64,000 bases of DNA from Octopus sinensis (lineage: Eukaryota): NCBI RefSeq assembly GCF_006345805.1, contig NC_043006.1, forward strand, positions 37,200,001 to 37,264,000, given 5' to 3'. Positions 1 through 13,732 of this stretch are shown here, one piece after another. The notes under the pieces were generated by a model that was not told the DNA's origin, ran no database searches, and worked only from the letters and a program-made list of their open reading frames with translations. The translations under genes were made by a program, and so were the position numbers. Numbering within the stretch: the stretch's first letter is position 1; every line of letters begins with the position of its first letter.

Positions 1-269
1 CAAACCTACTAATTACTCTTATTGGGCTTATTTGAAGTAGTAAATTTGCAAAAGTCTTTTGAGTATCGGACACATACTTTGCTGTATTTGTTCCGGATGT
101 TTGGTTTCTAAGTTCAAAATCACAGCGTTAAACAGGCCAGCCATGGTCGAGCAATCCTATGATGTAAGGTAATCCAGCACTGATTATCCTTTTATTTTCA
201 CACAATGTATCTAAAATAAAGGTGATCGATTGGTAGAGTATTTAGAGCACCGGTTAGGTTGTGACTCTC

Positions 270-385
270 TGTACTCTGAGCCTTGGGTTTCTGTATTCTT
301 AGCCTTGGCTTCCTGTACTCCGAATCTTGGCTTTCTGATACTGAGTCTTGACTTTCTGTACTCTGAGTTGTGGCTTTCTGTACTC
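270..385. repeat. Degenerate ~22-bp tandem repeat (ctgtactctgagccttggcttt), about 5 copies
   Basis: Visible periodicity. Confidence 0.75.
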
Positions 386-469
386 TTTTCTATTCTAGGC
401 ACAAGGCCCGAAATTTTACCCTTGCTCTTTCTCTCTCTCTCTCTCACACACACTTCCCCCTCTCTCTCT

Positions 470-563
<94 letters not shown>

Positions 564-589
564 TATGTATGTATGTATATATGTCAGGT

Positions 590-1140
590 CACTTTCGTGT
601 GCTACTGGTAACATGTAACCCAGTACAACCTGTTGCATGGTTGGGTCGTCGGCGACTAAACCGGCAACCCCACCAAGCTTACTTGGTGAGGAGGGTGTTT
701 ATTGGTCACCCTGCGGGATGAAAAACAAAATCCGTCAAAGGGCGGCGGAACTTTTGAGAGTCAACGGTCATCCAATATATGGCTTAAGGCTGTATCATGC
801 GCGGGGACATAGACATAATCGGACTGAATACCCGATCGCGCGGTTAAACCATTGGGAGTGAAAGACTCCTAGCCTTTGTTAGGGTATCCTTCTAGGTGAA
901 GGTAACTCAGGTAACTGGGATAACTCCGAAATAAAACCTGCGGTTCAGTGGTTACCGATGATGTTGACTTGTTCTTCTTTTCGGATTATGGCTGTTGTTG
1001 CTTAGTGAGTGGGAATGACTCAGTGAACAGCCTTTCCTCACTTTAAAAAAATCTTCTTGCACAGGCATTGCACGATAACAACATTGATTAAACTTCATGC
1101 AATGGCCATACTCGATAACGAGGGGGCAGCCACCATGTAT
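590..1140 (+). mobile_element. ~550-bp non-autonomous retroelement (family D), copy 1; probably RTE-LINE derived
   Basis: Highly similar to 23128-23675; ends ...GCAGCCACC followed by (ATGT)n; no ORF. Confidence 0.7.
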
Positions 1141-2429
1141 GTATTCAGACACACGATGGCTTTCCACACAATTTCAGTCTACCAACACATATTTTGTAGT
1201 TTTGAGTATTCAATTTAATTCAGGAAAAAAAAAGAACAAACAACATATTTTCTAGTTTTAAGAGCAGAAGAAACTCTATATAAATAAAATATTTCGTAAT
1301 CACACGTTTTCAGTTTTTTGTAAAGACAGGTTTTTTTTTTCTTAAACAAGAGAGTGCCAACATTTGGCTTGTTACTATGGAAACAGGCATGAATGTATCT
1401 GTGTCTAACAATTGGCTAAAATTACTCAAAATTTATAAACTATAAAAGCTATTAACTCTTTGCTTATTGATTTATGGCGAAATTGAATTTTATGTCATTA
1501 ATTACTGTACAAAACTACATCATTACACCAAATTTTGAAATTAACTGGAACAAAATTGATGAAATTGAAAAGTGGCAGCCAAACAGAAAAAAATCCGGTT
1601 TCGGGACTGAAAAGGAAACTTCGTGTTTGCAAAGTGAACATCTTAACAACACAACTATGTCTGCGACTATGGGCGTAAATAATAATGCAAGAACAACCTT
1701 CAATAGTAATGAGAGTGATGATAATGATAACGACAACGACGACGACGACGATGATGATGAATACATGATGATGATGATGATGAATACATGATGATGATGA
1801 TGATGATGACGATTGGGAAGTTGTGGTGCTATCTATTTGAAAAACAGACTGTAGATTCGCTCTGTCAACAGAGTAAGAATAAAATATTCTTAAAAACAAT
1901 TCTGAAAATTCCGACTGTTTCCTATGCTACTGATGACTCACTCCTGCGAAACACTACAGACGCCAGAGATGGTAAGCAGTCAAATATGACAGGATTTAAC
2001 AAGTTGATGCCGTAATGACATTTAAAATGTCATGCTTGTGCGAGCTAGAAATTTGTCAATAGAATTTACCATTTGTTGAGTCTTGTACAGGAGGAAATGG
2101 ATTTAAGCATGGAGACTTGAACAAACTAAAGCAGTAGAGAAATAATTAATCTATTAGTTTCCTTTCGAGGGAAATTGTTGAGGATCGATTATATTTGAAA
2201 CTGTATAAGTCTTTCTGAGGTTATTTTCCCATACATTTAACAAATATTATCATTTCCTGCTGCATAAGGCAGCGAGCTGACGAGATCGTTAGAATGTCGA
2301 CAAAATGCTTCGCGGCAATCCTTCCGGCTTTACGTCTTGAGTTCAAGGTTCACCGAGTTCAAGGTTCACCCGCAACTACAAGGGGGCCTGCCCGCAACTA
2401 CAAGGGAGCCCACCCGCAACTACAATGCT

Positions 2430-2805
2430 TTACTCTTTTACTTGTTTCAGTCATTTGACTGTGGCCATGCTGGAGCACCGCTCTTTTAGTCGAGCAAATC
2501 GACCCCAGGACTTATTCTTTGTAAGCCTAGTACTTATTCTATCGATCCCTTTTGCCGAACCGCTAAGTTACGGGGACATAAACACACCAGTATCGGTTAT
2601 CAAGCGATGTTGGTGGGGGGACAAACATATACACACACATACATATACATATATACGACAGGCTTCTTTCAGTTTCCGTCTACCAAATCCACTCACAAGG
2701 CTTTGGTCGGCCCGAGGCTATAGTAGAAGACACTTGCCCAAGGTGTCACGCAGTGAGACTGAACCCGGAACCATGTGGTTCGTAAGCAAGCTACTTACCC
2801 ACAAC
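2430..2805 (-). mobile_element. tRNA-derived SINE family A (CORE-like CACCTTGGGCAAGTGTCTT, internal (TA/TG)n, ...GACTGAAACAAGTAAAAG tail)
   Basis: A/B-box-like head GGCTGTGTGGTAAG...GGTTCAGTCCC. About 20 related copies or fragments in the window, e.g. 6195-6580(+), 11731-12100(-), 14086-15030(+), 15222-15598(-), 24203-24400(+), 29335-29610(-), 37115-37506(-), 37820-38200(-), 44200-44480(-), 46790-47425(-), 51508-51924(-), 55990-56325(-), 56575-56870(+), 61215-61403(-), 62400-62940(+). Confidence 0.85.
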
Positions 2806-3910
2806 CATTCTTTATTTATGTTTTGTTAAAAGTATTCTTTTCAAAAGTCTACAAACACAGCCAGACTGAAATAATTAATGCATTATTCCAGGAGTGAATA
2901 AAAAAATTCGCAAAGTTCAGGAGAAAGGCCCCTGAAATACTAAGAGCGGCCCCCATATATGAATTCTAATGGCGCTGGGGTTCACTTGCCACCAGGCAAG
3001 CTGGCAACCTGGCCAGTCCGCCACTGTCTGCATGTGTTACTCAACTTGCTAGGAATAGCTGTCAATTTTGCATGGAAGTACACTCTGCCGTGTTAGAAAG
3101 GAAATATAAGACGATGGAGACTACGAAATTATTGGCACAGGGTTGTGGTGATGGAGGAGGAGGAGACAGCGTGGAAAAACAAAAGAGTTAATTGGTTAAA
3201 ATTACAAAAAACTTCCATATTTTAAAGTTCATGATTTTTTTTTATTATTAGTTTCTCTGGAAAATGGTTGTGGTTTTCTTTTCGTAATTGGCATACAAAA
3301 CAACATCATCTGTAAAAAATTTTCAATAAAATCGGTGACTGTGATTCAAATGACAAAGATCAAAAGCAAGAAACAAAAAAAAAAAAAAATGGGATGGTCA
3401 CAGCTAGAATGCTCTTGATCACCGTGGTCAGTTTGACCAATATTGAATATTGAACTTAGGTCAAGCAACAAAACAAAAGTAAAAATCTATTCCGACAGGA
3501 AATTATAAATAAGTCACTTCCTGCTGACGTTCTTTTGTGTGCGCATGTTGACTCACACACGTACACTTACATACACATACACATACATACACACACACAT
3601 AAAGACATACACACACACATACATACATACATACATACATACATACATACATACATACATACATACATACATACATAAATACATACATATGCACACAAAC
3701 ATACGTTACTGCAAATTTACGCTCATAAACTAGCATACACGCATGCGCGCAGAAGCCTCTAAGTACTCACTCCACCAGCTTGAAATATCTGTTGAATCTC
3801 CCTTTAATCTCAACGTACCATCTTAGCTGCCTGAGAATAGAGATGTGAAACTAATAACTGTGAAATGTGAAGTCTCATCTTAAAATTGAATACACACACG
3901 CACACATATA

Positions 3911-6170
3911 CTAGCAGTAATACCCGTCGATGATCGGGTAATTACTTTTACTGTTTCTCGGGAGCCACATTCAAAGTATTATTATATATATAATTTACTC
4001 CTCCTGTATGTTTGTATCTTTATAAGAAAAAACATATGTAATAACTGGAGTAGAAAGAAAGATTAATTTCATACATGAACTTCTGTTTGTTTATTATATG
4101 ATAATAATAATAATTGAGTTGTATGTGTTATTTTATTTATCAATACAGTAATGGCAATTATATAATACACTTCATTCGAATAGTTAATTTACTCAATCTT
4201 GAAAGCAATGATAGTAATGGCAAATTCAGTTATTGAAGTACTCATGTTGCATTAAGAGTGAATATTTCTTTATAAACAATGATTTTGTTTTATTTCGAGG
4301 GGGTGGGGATAAGCAGAAAGATTTACTTTTGCTCCCACACATGATGCTCGTACATTAAGTTGGCCATGTGAGAAGCATGGTTGTTCAAGTTGCAATCCAG
4401 CAACTTTTAGTGTTTGGTCCTGATTTTTATTAATGCTCATGGCAAAAGAAAGTGGGATAGGAAACTGTAACCACTTAAATTGGAATGGGACATTAGATGG
4501 TATAACTGGTTTTTGAGAAATGATGACCGTCTTACATTTACCACAGCCTGTGAGAATATTTGCTCAATGCAGTTCCTCATGAGTTTGTGCACAATTGATC
4601 TTGTACCATTGCATAATTTTGGTGGAGGCAAATTATTTAATAGTATAATAGGAGTCCATTTTATCAGCTGAAGACCATGAGGACTGTATTTGATGGTTGT
4701 AGTGAGTTCAAAACTTATCCTGATCATCAACAACCCTATCAGTTGAGTTATAAGTGAATATTTCGCTTGGATGTTTATTCAATAGCATATTATTAATACT
4801 ATGTTCAGTAACATAGCTCGTTCACAGATCAAATCTGTATTGTTGTAATTATGAAAAAGATTAGGAAAGATTTCATCCACCGAATCATCGACGGAATCAG
4901 TTAAATTACATATTGGATTGAGTGTAAGAACCTGTTCTTTATCAATTGGAACTCATCCTTCACCACGCTTCAGAAGCTGCTCTGCAAATAGCTCAGCTGA
5001 TTGGTCTCTTGAAAGCCTCCATCTCACAAAATAATTGCAGTAGAAAAAAAAAATCAGTTTCATATATAAACTTCTGTTTGTTTATTATATAATAATAAGT
5101 GAGTTGTATGTTTTATTGTATTTATCCATACAGTAATGGCAATTATATAATACAGTTCATTTAAATATGTAATTTACTCAATCTTGAATATAACAATAGT
5201 AATGATAAATTAAGTTATTGAAGTATTCATGTTGCATTAGACTGAATATTTCTTTATAAACAATGGTTTTTTAAAAATTATTTCGGGGTGCATAAGCAAA
5301 ACGATTTGCTTTTGTTCCCACATGTGATGCTCCTACATAAAGTTGGCCATGTGAGAAGCATGGTTGTTCAAATAACTTTTAGTGTTTGGCCCTGAATTTT
5401 ATTAATGCTCATGGCAAAAAAAAACCTCGCATAGGAAATTGTAACCGCTTAAATTGGAATGAGATATTAGATAGTATAACTGGTATGTGAGAAATGAAGA
5501 TGGTCTCACCTTTAGCACAGCCAGTGATAATATTTGCCTCAATGCAGTTTGTCATAAGTTAATCTTGTACCTTTGCATGATTTTGGCTGAGACAAATTAC
5601 GCAACAGCATAATATGAGTCCATTCTTTTCAGCTGAAGATGATGAGGAATCGTACCTGGTGGTTGTAGTGAGTTCAAAAATTCGATGGGGTAGTTAACAA
5701 TATCCTGATTATCAACAACCCTGTCATTTGAGTTATAAGTGAATATTTCTCCCAGAAGTTTTATTCAATAGCATATTATTAATGCTATGTACAGCAACAT
5801 TTTTTGGAATCAGTATAGCTCGCACACAGATCTAATCAGCATTGTTGTAATTATGAAGAAGATTAGGAAATATTACATCCATCAAATCATCGACGGAATC
5901 AGTTAAATTACATTTTCGATTGAGTGTTAGAAACTGTTCTTCATCAATTGGAACTCTCTCTTCACGGAGTTTCAGAAGCTGCTCTGTAAATAGTTCAGCT
6001 GGTTGATCTCTTGAAAGCTTCGATCTTATATTTGTCGAAAGTAGAAGTGATACCATAATACAGAAGACTTTATTGAAGCACAATTAGTGTTGCTTCCTTT
6101 GAACCGATTAGTTTCATTTTATGGGACAAACAAACATACAAACGGGTAGAATCTCTCTTTTATACATACA
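3911..6170 (-). mobile_element. Non-autonomous Helitron with two tandem degenerate PIF1-helicase C-terminal segments
   Basis: The minus-strand 3' end is a hairpin ACCCGATCATCGACGGGT, a short spacer, then CTAG|T at 3911. Remnant peptides [46 protein letters not shown] appear in two copies (~4075-5030 and ~5060-6060). The 5' boundary is approximate. Confidence 0.85.
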
Positions 6171-6352
6171 TACATTCATACATATATACATAATGACTGC
6201 GTGGTTAGTAGTTTGCTTACCAACCACATGGTTCCGGGTTCAGTTCCACTGCGTGGCACCTTGCGCAAGTGTCTTCTACTATAACCTCGAGTCGACCAAA
6301 ACCTTGTGAGTAGATGTGGCTGACGGAAACTGAAAGGAGCCCGTCGTATGTA

Positions 6353-6411
<59 letters not shown>

Positions 6412-6584
6412 TTTGTGTGTCTGGTGTGTTTACGTCCCCGTCAGTTAGCGGTTCGGCATAAGAGACCGATAAATTAAGTACTAGGCTTACAAAGAATAAG
6501 TCATGGGGTCGATTTGTTCGACTAAAGGCGGTGCTTCAGCATGGTCACAGTCAAATGACTGAAACAAGTAAAAGAAAAAGAATA

Positions 6585-6636
<52 letters not shown>

Positions 6637-6645
6637 GTGGGTGTT

Positions 6646-6717
<72 letters not shown>

Positions 6718-6860
6718 TAATATAATATAATATAAAATAAATATAAGAGAGTGGTCACTATATTGCTCACTCTAGCACCAGTTAATCCAAAAGGTTTCAA
6801 CCACTTGGTGTTGAATAAATATACTATTAAATTAGTATCTAATTCTCTCACCCTTATTAA

Positions 6861-6922
<62 letters not shown>

Positions 6923-7199
6923 GTGCATTTGTGCTAATCTTTCGTTTGATGTACGTAGTACACCGAAAGTAAATTATGGTCTTGACTTCGTAGTTCTCAT
7001 CAATGCAAAGCAAGCGAGTACCAGGATAAAGGTGAAGTAGCATTAACATCGTTTAGTTTACACTGCATTAGGAATCGAAGTCCAATATTGATTGATGTAG
7101 AGGATCTATTAATACTATGGTTGAAAGATTGTAATTAGAAGCGAATTCCAATTAACACCGGTTATATAATGATCTAAGCTCTTAACCAATTTTTTTCTC

Positions 7200-7880
7200 G
7201 ATAAGAAAGACAAGCAAATATCAAGGAATCTTGCAACATTTTACGTCAGTAAACATTGGTTAGAAAATGTCAAAACTGGAACAGTAATGAAAACCGTAAA
7301 AATAAAAGAAGCAACAGATGTAGATGAAGTTTCTGCAGGTAAATATTCTGCTTAATTAAAGAAAATGATCAATGAAAATAATTACGATGATCCTCAAATT
7401 GTCAATGTTGACGAAGCCAACTTTACTTCAGAAAAAAATGTCAAGAACTTTGTCTCCTTTTTTTCTTTTTAAAAATGTAAAAGGTTTCAATTTGGTCATA
7501 AAGTACCACAGGATTGATTAACCTTCTTACTTAGAGACAATACCTATTTCATTACTACCCACAAGGGGCTAAACACAGAGAGGACAAACAAGGACAGACA
7601 AACGGATTAAGTTGATTATATCGACCCCAGTGCGTAACTGGTACTTAATTTATCGACCCCGAAAGGATGAAAGGCAAAGTCGACCTCGGCGGAATTTGAA
7701 CTCGGAACGTAACGACATACGAAATACGGCTACGCATTTCGCCCGTCGTGCTAACGTTTCTGCCAGCTCGCCGCCTTAGAGACAATACCGAAGAGAGGGG
7801 AGGCTTCAAATCAAGGCCGAATCTTATTTACCGAAAGACGAACTCAAAAGCTTTAAAATTATGCAACAAGCAATTTGGTG
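7200..7880 (+). pseudogene. pogo/Tigger-family DDE transposase fossil, interrupted by a SINE
   Basis: Remnants FYVSKHWLENVK, YDDPQIVNVDE, GHKVPQD*LTFLL..., FKSRPNLIYRKTNSKALK resemble Tigger QIFNADE / GHK..KDRLTLLL / KPLLIY..ENPRALK. Confidence 0.7.
7545..7774 (-). mobile_element. SINE family C monomer with 15-bp target-site duplication
   Basis: TSD CTTAGAGACAATACC at 7530-7544 and 7775-7789; head GGCGGCGAGCTGGCAGAAACGTTAG...GAGTTCAAATTCC; central GTCGACTTTGCCTTTCATCCTTTCGGGGTCGATAAA. Confidence 0.9.
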
Positions 7881-7884
7881 ATGA

Positions 7885-8197
7885 AATGTTGTTGTTTGTT
7901 CCTTCTCGAGCCATGCCTGACTCATAAGGGCCGGTTTCCCGGTTTCATTGGCGTATAGGTTCCCCACCTGGACGGGACGCCGATCTGTTACAGGTGAGCT
8001 GCTAGACGTTGGAGGAAAGAGTGAGAGAAAGTTGTGGCGAAAGAGTCAGCAGAAGTTCGCCATTACCTTCTGGCGGAGCTGCGTAGAGCTTAGGTTTTTC
8101 GCTCATAAACGCACACACATCGCCCGGTCTGAGATTCGAACTCGCAATCCCTCGACTGCGAGTCCGCTGCTCTAAACGCTTGGCCATGTGCCTCCAC
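7885..8197 (-). mobile_element. tRNA-derived SINE (head shared with family B, different tail)
   Basis: A box TGGCCAAGCGTTT and B box GAGTTCGAATCTC; (AAC)n tail; imperfect TSD GGTGAT(G/C)AAAT. Confidence 0.8.
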
Positions 8198-10310
8198 GGT
8201 GATCAAATACAATAAGTAAAAACCGTGGGTCTCTACACTCTTGTTTACAATTGTGACGTCGCATTCTTGTATTTAGATTGAAATTCACTGGAAAGAAAAA
8301 AGAGCATAATTTAGGTTACACAGTTCTTAAAGATTTTTGTACTAATATGTAAAACATAATCCCAACTGCTGTCCATTTCTGTTTATTTTATGTTCTCTGT
8401 AGTCTAACATGCTGATGTTGCTCTCTTAAGACTGTCGTTCGTAGAGATCGTCGCCAATACGTCGTTGGCATCATCCAGACAGCTGTTGATCTGTTTTCAT
8501 AGCTGTCAGTAACGTCTCTTGCATATGTCGCCTCACAATATAATGGCCTTACCCGATCTGGGTGGCACGAGGTCTTCCTTGTTGTAAGCGGACAACTGCA
8601 GTTCCAGTAAGCCGGATACGATGCTGAAGATGATAATATAAATACGTGTTTATGTTGAAAAATGTACGTTGAAGTAATTTTCAGCCAGTTGGGTGTTGAC
8701 ACAGCCTCCAAGAGATCAAAGGCTTGATTTACGCTCTTCTAAACTCAGCATTGCCGTCTCGTAATGATCGCAAGGGTACAAAGAATTATGCGAATACAGT
8801 TTTATTCAGTGTTGGCACTTGACACCTGATGATCCATTGAAATGTGTGTACATGGAGCACAAATACATCTCGTGCAAGATTACATGTATCTCATTAGACT
8901 ACTTAACACTGATTTAATTGCTGCTCTTTACATGAAATTCTTGCATTGCATGAGAGCCCAAACCTTATATTGATGCACTATAGTTTTGTTAGGTCTTTCC
9001 ACCTCTGTAAAGCCGGGGTTGTCGCCCTTCTAAGACTAGACATGCTGCCTTTTAAAACAACTTTTGAAATATACTCGTTTATTTTTTTCCTTATTAAAAT
9101 CAGTTACTACATACCATGCATACCTGCATTCTCACATACATAAGAAACAGCTATATTTTTTTCAAATTTATTACATTAAAAACCCTGTTATCTTCCTTAT
9201 TAAGGGTTTTTCATATTTCTTTGTCACTCCTTTATGTTTAGTATGAAAAAATAACGTTGCTAAATTCATTAATTCATTAATGCTTTCGAGATTTTATCAG
9301 TATCATCATCAGAATGAAATGACAGTAATATGAGCGGAAGTTGCAAAGGAACATAGAAATATTGCTATAACTGATAAAATCACCAACGCCTCCTTAAAAA
9401 GTATTCACTGGTTAATTTCTGGTAGATTCCATGGCTTATATTACATGTCCTGTACCTATGCATTGGTATTTCATTGTGTTTTTCTATTAGTGAATTTTCC
9501 ATGGTTACTCTTTCAGTATATTTTCAATGTTCTCTTTGAATAGTGCTGTCAGCTAACGTTTTCTAATTTTATTTTCTTGTATTATAACCTCTGACTTTAC
9601 CTTCTTCTCTATGCACAGTAGGGTGAGAGAATAATGATTTACACAAAATGGCAGCAGCTTTTTGTATATTGGTGAAACTAGTTGGTGACTGGCCGATCGT
9701 TTTAGAAAACATTTCTTGGGCGTTCGCTGTGACAACACCAGATTACGCTTGCCAACAAAGCAACCTTTACATAGTCACTCGACATGCTCGAAATAGCAGC
9801 CAAATCTCCATTCCAAAGTTTCTTTTAAATTGGAATAACATAAAAATAATATAGTTCAATATGTATTGTCAAAACAGACCCCCCCCCCTACGAAGAATCC
9901 CGATAGTAATGTCATGGCTAGAACACTTTTCATCATGTATCTGCTTGATGAAAGCTGACCTGGAGTTAAAGAACAATAGCAGCTATATCTCCCACAAATA
10001 ATCTACTACCTTAAAAAAAAAAAGAAAGAACACGTTAAACAATGTTATCCAAGATATACAAAACAATGGGATGGTCACGACTGACCATCTCCTCGAATAT
10101 AGGTCTGCTTGATCAGAGCTGATCATGGGATTAAAACAGCAACAGCTACTTCTATAACAACAAATAACTGGCCTATCAACGATGTTTTTACGTTAAACAC
10201 AGTACGTAGACGACCATGTTAATTTTATACTGCTTCAATTGCGTATACTGGATTTTTATTCAACCGGACAACCTACATCAGAAGTGATGAGTTTTCGCCT
10301 AAGTATGTGG

Positions 10311-10662
10311 CTGGCTGCCGGTACACGTCATTAAAAGGGTCCTAAAAGGCTGAGATGTATCTGGTTGCCGGTACACGTCATTAAAAGGACCCTAAAAGGC
10401 TGAGATGTATCTGGTTGCCGGTACACGTCATTAAAAGGACCCTAAATTGCTGAGATACATCTGGCTGCCGGTACACGTCATTAAAAGGGCCCTAAAAGGC
10501 TGAGATATTAATGGATGCCGGTACACGTCATTAAAAGGACTCTAAATTGCTGAGATAATTCTGGTTGCCAGTACACGTCATTAAAAGGACCCTAAGGCTG
10601 AGATACATCTGGTTGCCGGTACACGTCATTAAAAGGTCCTAAAAGGCTGAGATGTATCTGGT
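10311..10662. repeat. 50-bp minisatellite, 7 copies
   Basis: Unit ctggttgccggtacacgtcattaaaaggaccctaaaaggctgagatgtat starts at 10311, 10361, 10411, 10461, 10511, 10561 and ~10609. Confidence 0.95.
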
Positions 10663-11080
10663 ACCCTCGCTGGATGCTACTGTGACGATTTTTTTTGTCT
10701 CCTTCCGATATTCATTGCGTTTTTAACATAGATCATCCATAGGAAATGTTAACTCAGAATGAATACCGTTGGAGCTGGTCTATCCACGCTGTGTATATAT
10801 TAAGTATGATATATAGATTACTGTTTTAAATGTCAGTTGTTCAAATTAAATGCCACTTCGTATATGTTTTATAAATAGAGTGGGGAAATATGAAATTGAT
10901 AGCGAGTGAATAAGGAGCATGGAAAATGTATCCCATGGAAAATATATCACACCCTGGTTAATTAGTTTAATTACATTAAGTGGGTATGAGAAAGTATAAA
11001 TATTTATTTATTTATATTATATTTGTATGCTTAACGAATTTTGATCTGAAATCATATAACAGAACTACTACTACTACTAC

Positions 11081-11113
<33 letters not shown>

Positions 11114-12101
11114 CGGTAGTAGTAGTAGTAGTAGTAGTAGTAGTAATGGTGGTGGTGGCGGTAGTGTAGTAGTAGTAGTAGTAGTAGTAATGATGGTGGT
11201 GGCGGTAGTAGTAGTAGTAGTAGTAGTAGTAGTAATGATGGTAGTGGCGGTAGTAGTAGTAGTAGTAGTTGTCGGTTAGCTCCGATATTAATCTTATCAG
11301 AGCAGACCTACAGTCAGTGGCGACGTTCCACCTACGACCATTCCGCCTTATTTTCATAAATTGCTTAAGGAGAATTTCATTGTACAATGTAGCCTTCCAC
11401 ATTTTTTTGTAAAGACAGTTGGGAGGGTGTGGTGTTTCGCTGTTATTTCTAGCAAATCGAGAGACTACATCGAGGTTCCTCACTGACTCGCGTTTTTGTT
11501 ACATTTTGGGGTGGGTGGGTGGGGGTGGGGGGCAAAATAGTTACTGTCAACACCATGTTATGATTTGTTGTCGTCGTTATTGATGATGATGATGACGATG
11601 ACAAAAATCGATGATGATGATGATGATGATCAACGGCTATATGTGGTGTCATATGTTACCCGTTGGTTGTTTTGAATTGGCATCATTGCTCAAGGATCTT
11701 TGCTTTGATATATATATATATATATATATACTCTTTTACTTGTTTCAGTCATTTGACTGCGGCCATGCTGGAGCACCGCCTTTAGTCGAACAAATCGACT
11801 TCCAGGATTTATTCTTTGTAAGCCTAGTACTTATTCTATTGGTGTCTTTTGCCGAACCGCTAAGTTTCGGCATCGGTTGTCAAGCGATGTTGGAGGGACA
11901 AACACAGACATACAAACATATACACACGCATACATATATAGGACGGGCTTCTTTCAGTTTCCGTCTACCAAATCCACTCACAAGGCTTTGGTTGGCCCGA
12001 GGCTATAGTAGAAGACATTTGCCCAAAGTGTCACGCAGTGGGAATGAACCCGGAACCACGTGGTTGGCAAGCAAGCTACTTACCACACAGCCACTCCTAC
12101 G

Positions 12102-12148
<47 letters not shown>

Positions 12149-12150
12149 CG

Positions 12151-12525
12151 TGGAGGTGCAATGGCCCAGTGGTTAGGGCTACGGGCTCGCGGTCAAAGGA
12201 TCACGGTTCCGATTCCCAGACCGGGTGTTGTGAGTTTTTATCGAGCGAAAACACATAAAAGTTCCGCGGGGCTCCAGCAGGGGCTAGTGGTGAACCCTGC
12301 TATACTCTTTCACAATTTTCTCTCACTCTTCCTGTTTCTGTTGTACCTGTATTTCAAAGGGCCAGCCTTGTCACACTCTGTGTCACGCTGAATCTCCCCG
12401 AGAACTACGTTAAGGGTACACGTGTCTGTGGAGTGCTCAGCCACTTGCGCGTTAATTTCACGAGCAAGCTGTTCCGTTGATCGAATCAACTGGAACCCTC
12501 GTCGTCGTAACCGACGAAACGTCAC
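12151..12525 (+). mobile_element. tRNA-derived SINE family B
   Basis: A box TGGCCCAGTGGTTAGGGC, B-box-like GGTTCCGATTCC, tail ...GTCGTCGTAACCGACG. Related copies at 40669-41048(+), 58850-59228(+), 34848-35168(+), 46955-47262(-), 28596-28835(+), 31150-31278(+). Confidence 0.85.
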
Positions 12526-13087
12526 GATATGTAAGCCACCACATCTTGTAATGGTATCCTATATCTACCGCAATTCAAATCTCGTAGCTGAACGTCCGTT
12601 ACCAGTCAGTGGCCGTTTTTTGGTTGTTTCACTCTAGGTCTGTTTTGATTGAGATGACCTCTCATCAAAGACTTTACAGCCATGACTATCTCGTCTCTCT
12701 TTTCATGTACGGAGAACCCAGGACCACATAATCCAGCGTACCCCCTACCAACCACATTATTAAAAAAAAAAAAGATAGGGTGTGATTTGCAGGAAATTTG
12801 ACTGTTATTTCTAGCAGATACAGCGACCACATAGAAGCACCCATGTTGATAGTGGTGGTAACGATGCTGTTGAAGAGTTTACAGGGAGAAGGGTGAGAAT
12901 TGGTGGGCTGAGAGTCAATGATGAATGTCACCAAATCTCTATTAAATGGGAAGGAATTTTCTTAATGGCAGACAATTGGCATTTATTGGCATGACATTTC
13001 TGTTAATTTCATTAAAGCAACAACAACAACAACAACAATTACATCTGCCACCACCACCACCACCAACCACCACTACTACTACTATAC

Positions 13088-13196
<109 letters not shown>

Positions 13197-13320
13197 GTCT
13201 GGAGATTGAAAATGTGGAGTGTGGAATAAAAATGCTTTGCTGCGTTCAGTTCCATCGCTTTTCCTTTCTGCATTCAACTTCCGCCAGGAATCGATGAAAT
13301 ACAAGTACCAGTCAAATATT

Positions 13321-13732
13321 CTTTTCTACTCTAGGCACAAGGCCCGAAATTTTTGGGGAGTGTGCCAGTCGATTAGATCGACCCAAGTACGAAACTGGTA
13401 CTTAATTTATCGAACCCGAAAGGATGAAAGGCAAAGTCGACCTCGGCGGAATTTGAACTCAGAACGTAAAGACAGACGAAATACCGCTAAGCGTTGCGCC
13501 CAGCGTGCTAACGTTTCTTATTTCTTTACTGCCCACAAGGGGCTACACAAAGAGGTGACAAAGAAGGACAGACAAACGGATTAAGTGTGTAACTGGTACT
13601 TATTTAATAGACCCCGAAAGGATGAAAGGCAAAGTCGACCTCGGCGGAATTTGAACTCAGAACGGAGCGGCAGACGAAATATCACTAAGCATTTCGCTCA
13701 GCGTGCTAACGTTTCGGCCAGCTCACCGCCTT
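13321..13732 (-). mobile_element. Dimeric SINE family C insertion with 19-bp TSD
   Basis: TSD CAAGTACCAGTCAAATATT at 13302-13320 and 13733-13751 flanks two joined C units with different tails. Confidence 0.88.

Noticed and set aside
8388-8850. 107-aa minus-strand ORF in more GC-rich sequence
   Set aside because: No recognisable motif and stops in neighbouring frames; probably a decayed TE that I cannot assign.
10311-10662. CRISPR-like regular array
   Set aside because: Units are contiguous 50-bp repeats with no unique spacers; eukaryotic context and no cas genes.
11611-12258. 215-aa ORF and the many similar FDCGHAGAPP / [12 protein letters not shown] ORFs
   Set aside because: Chance open frames through SINE family A and (TA)n; the same peptides recur at other SINE copies.
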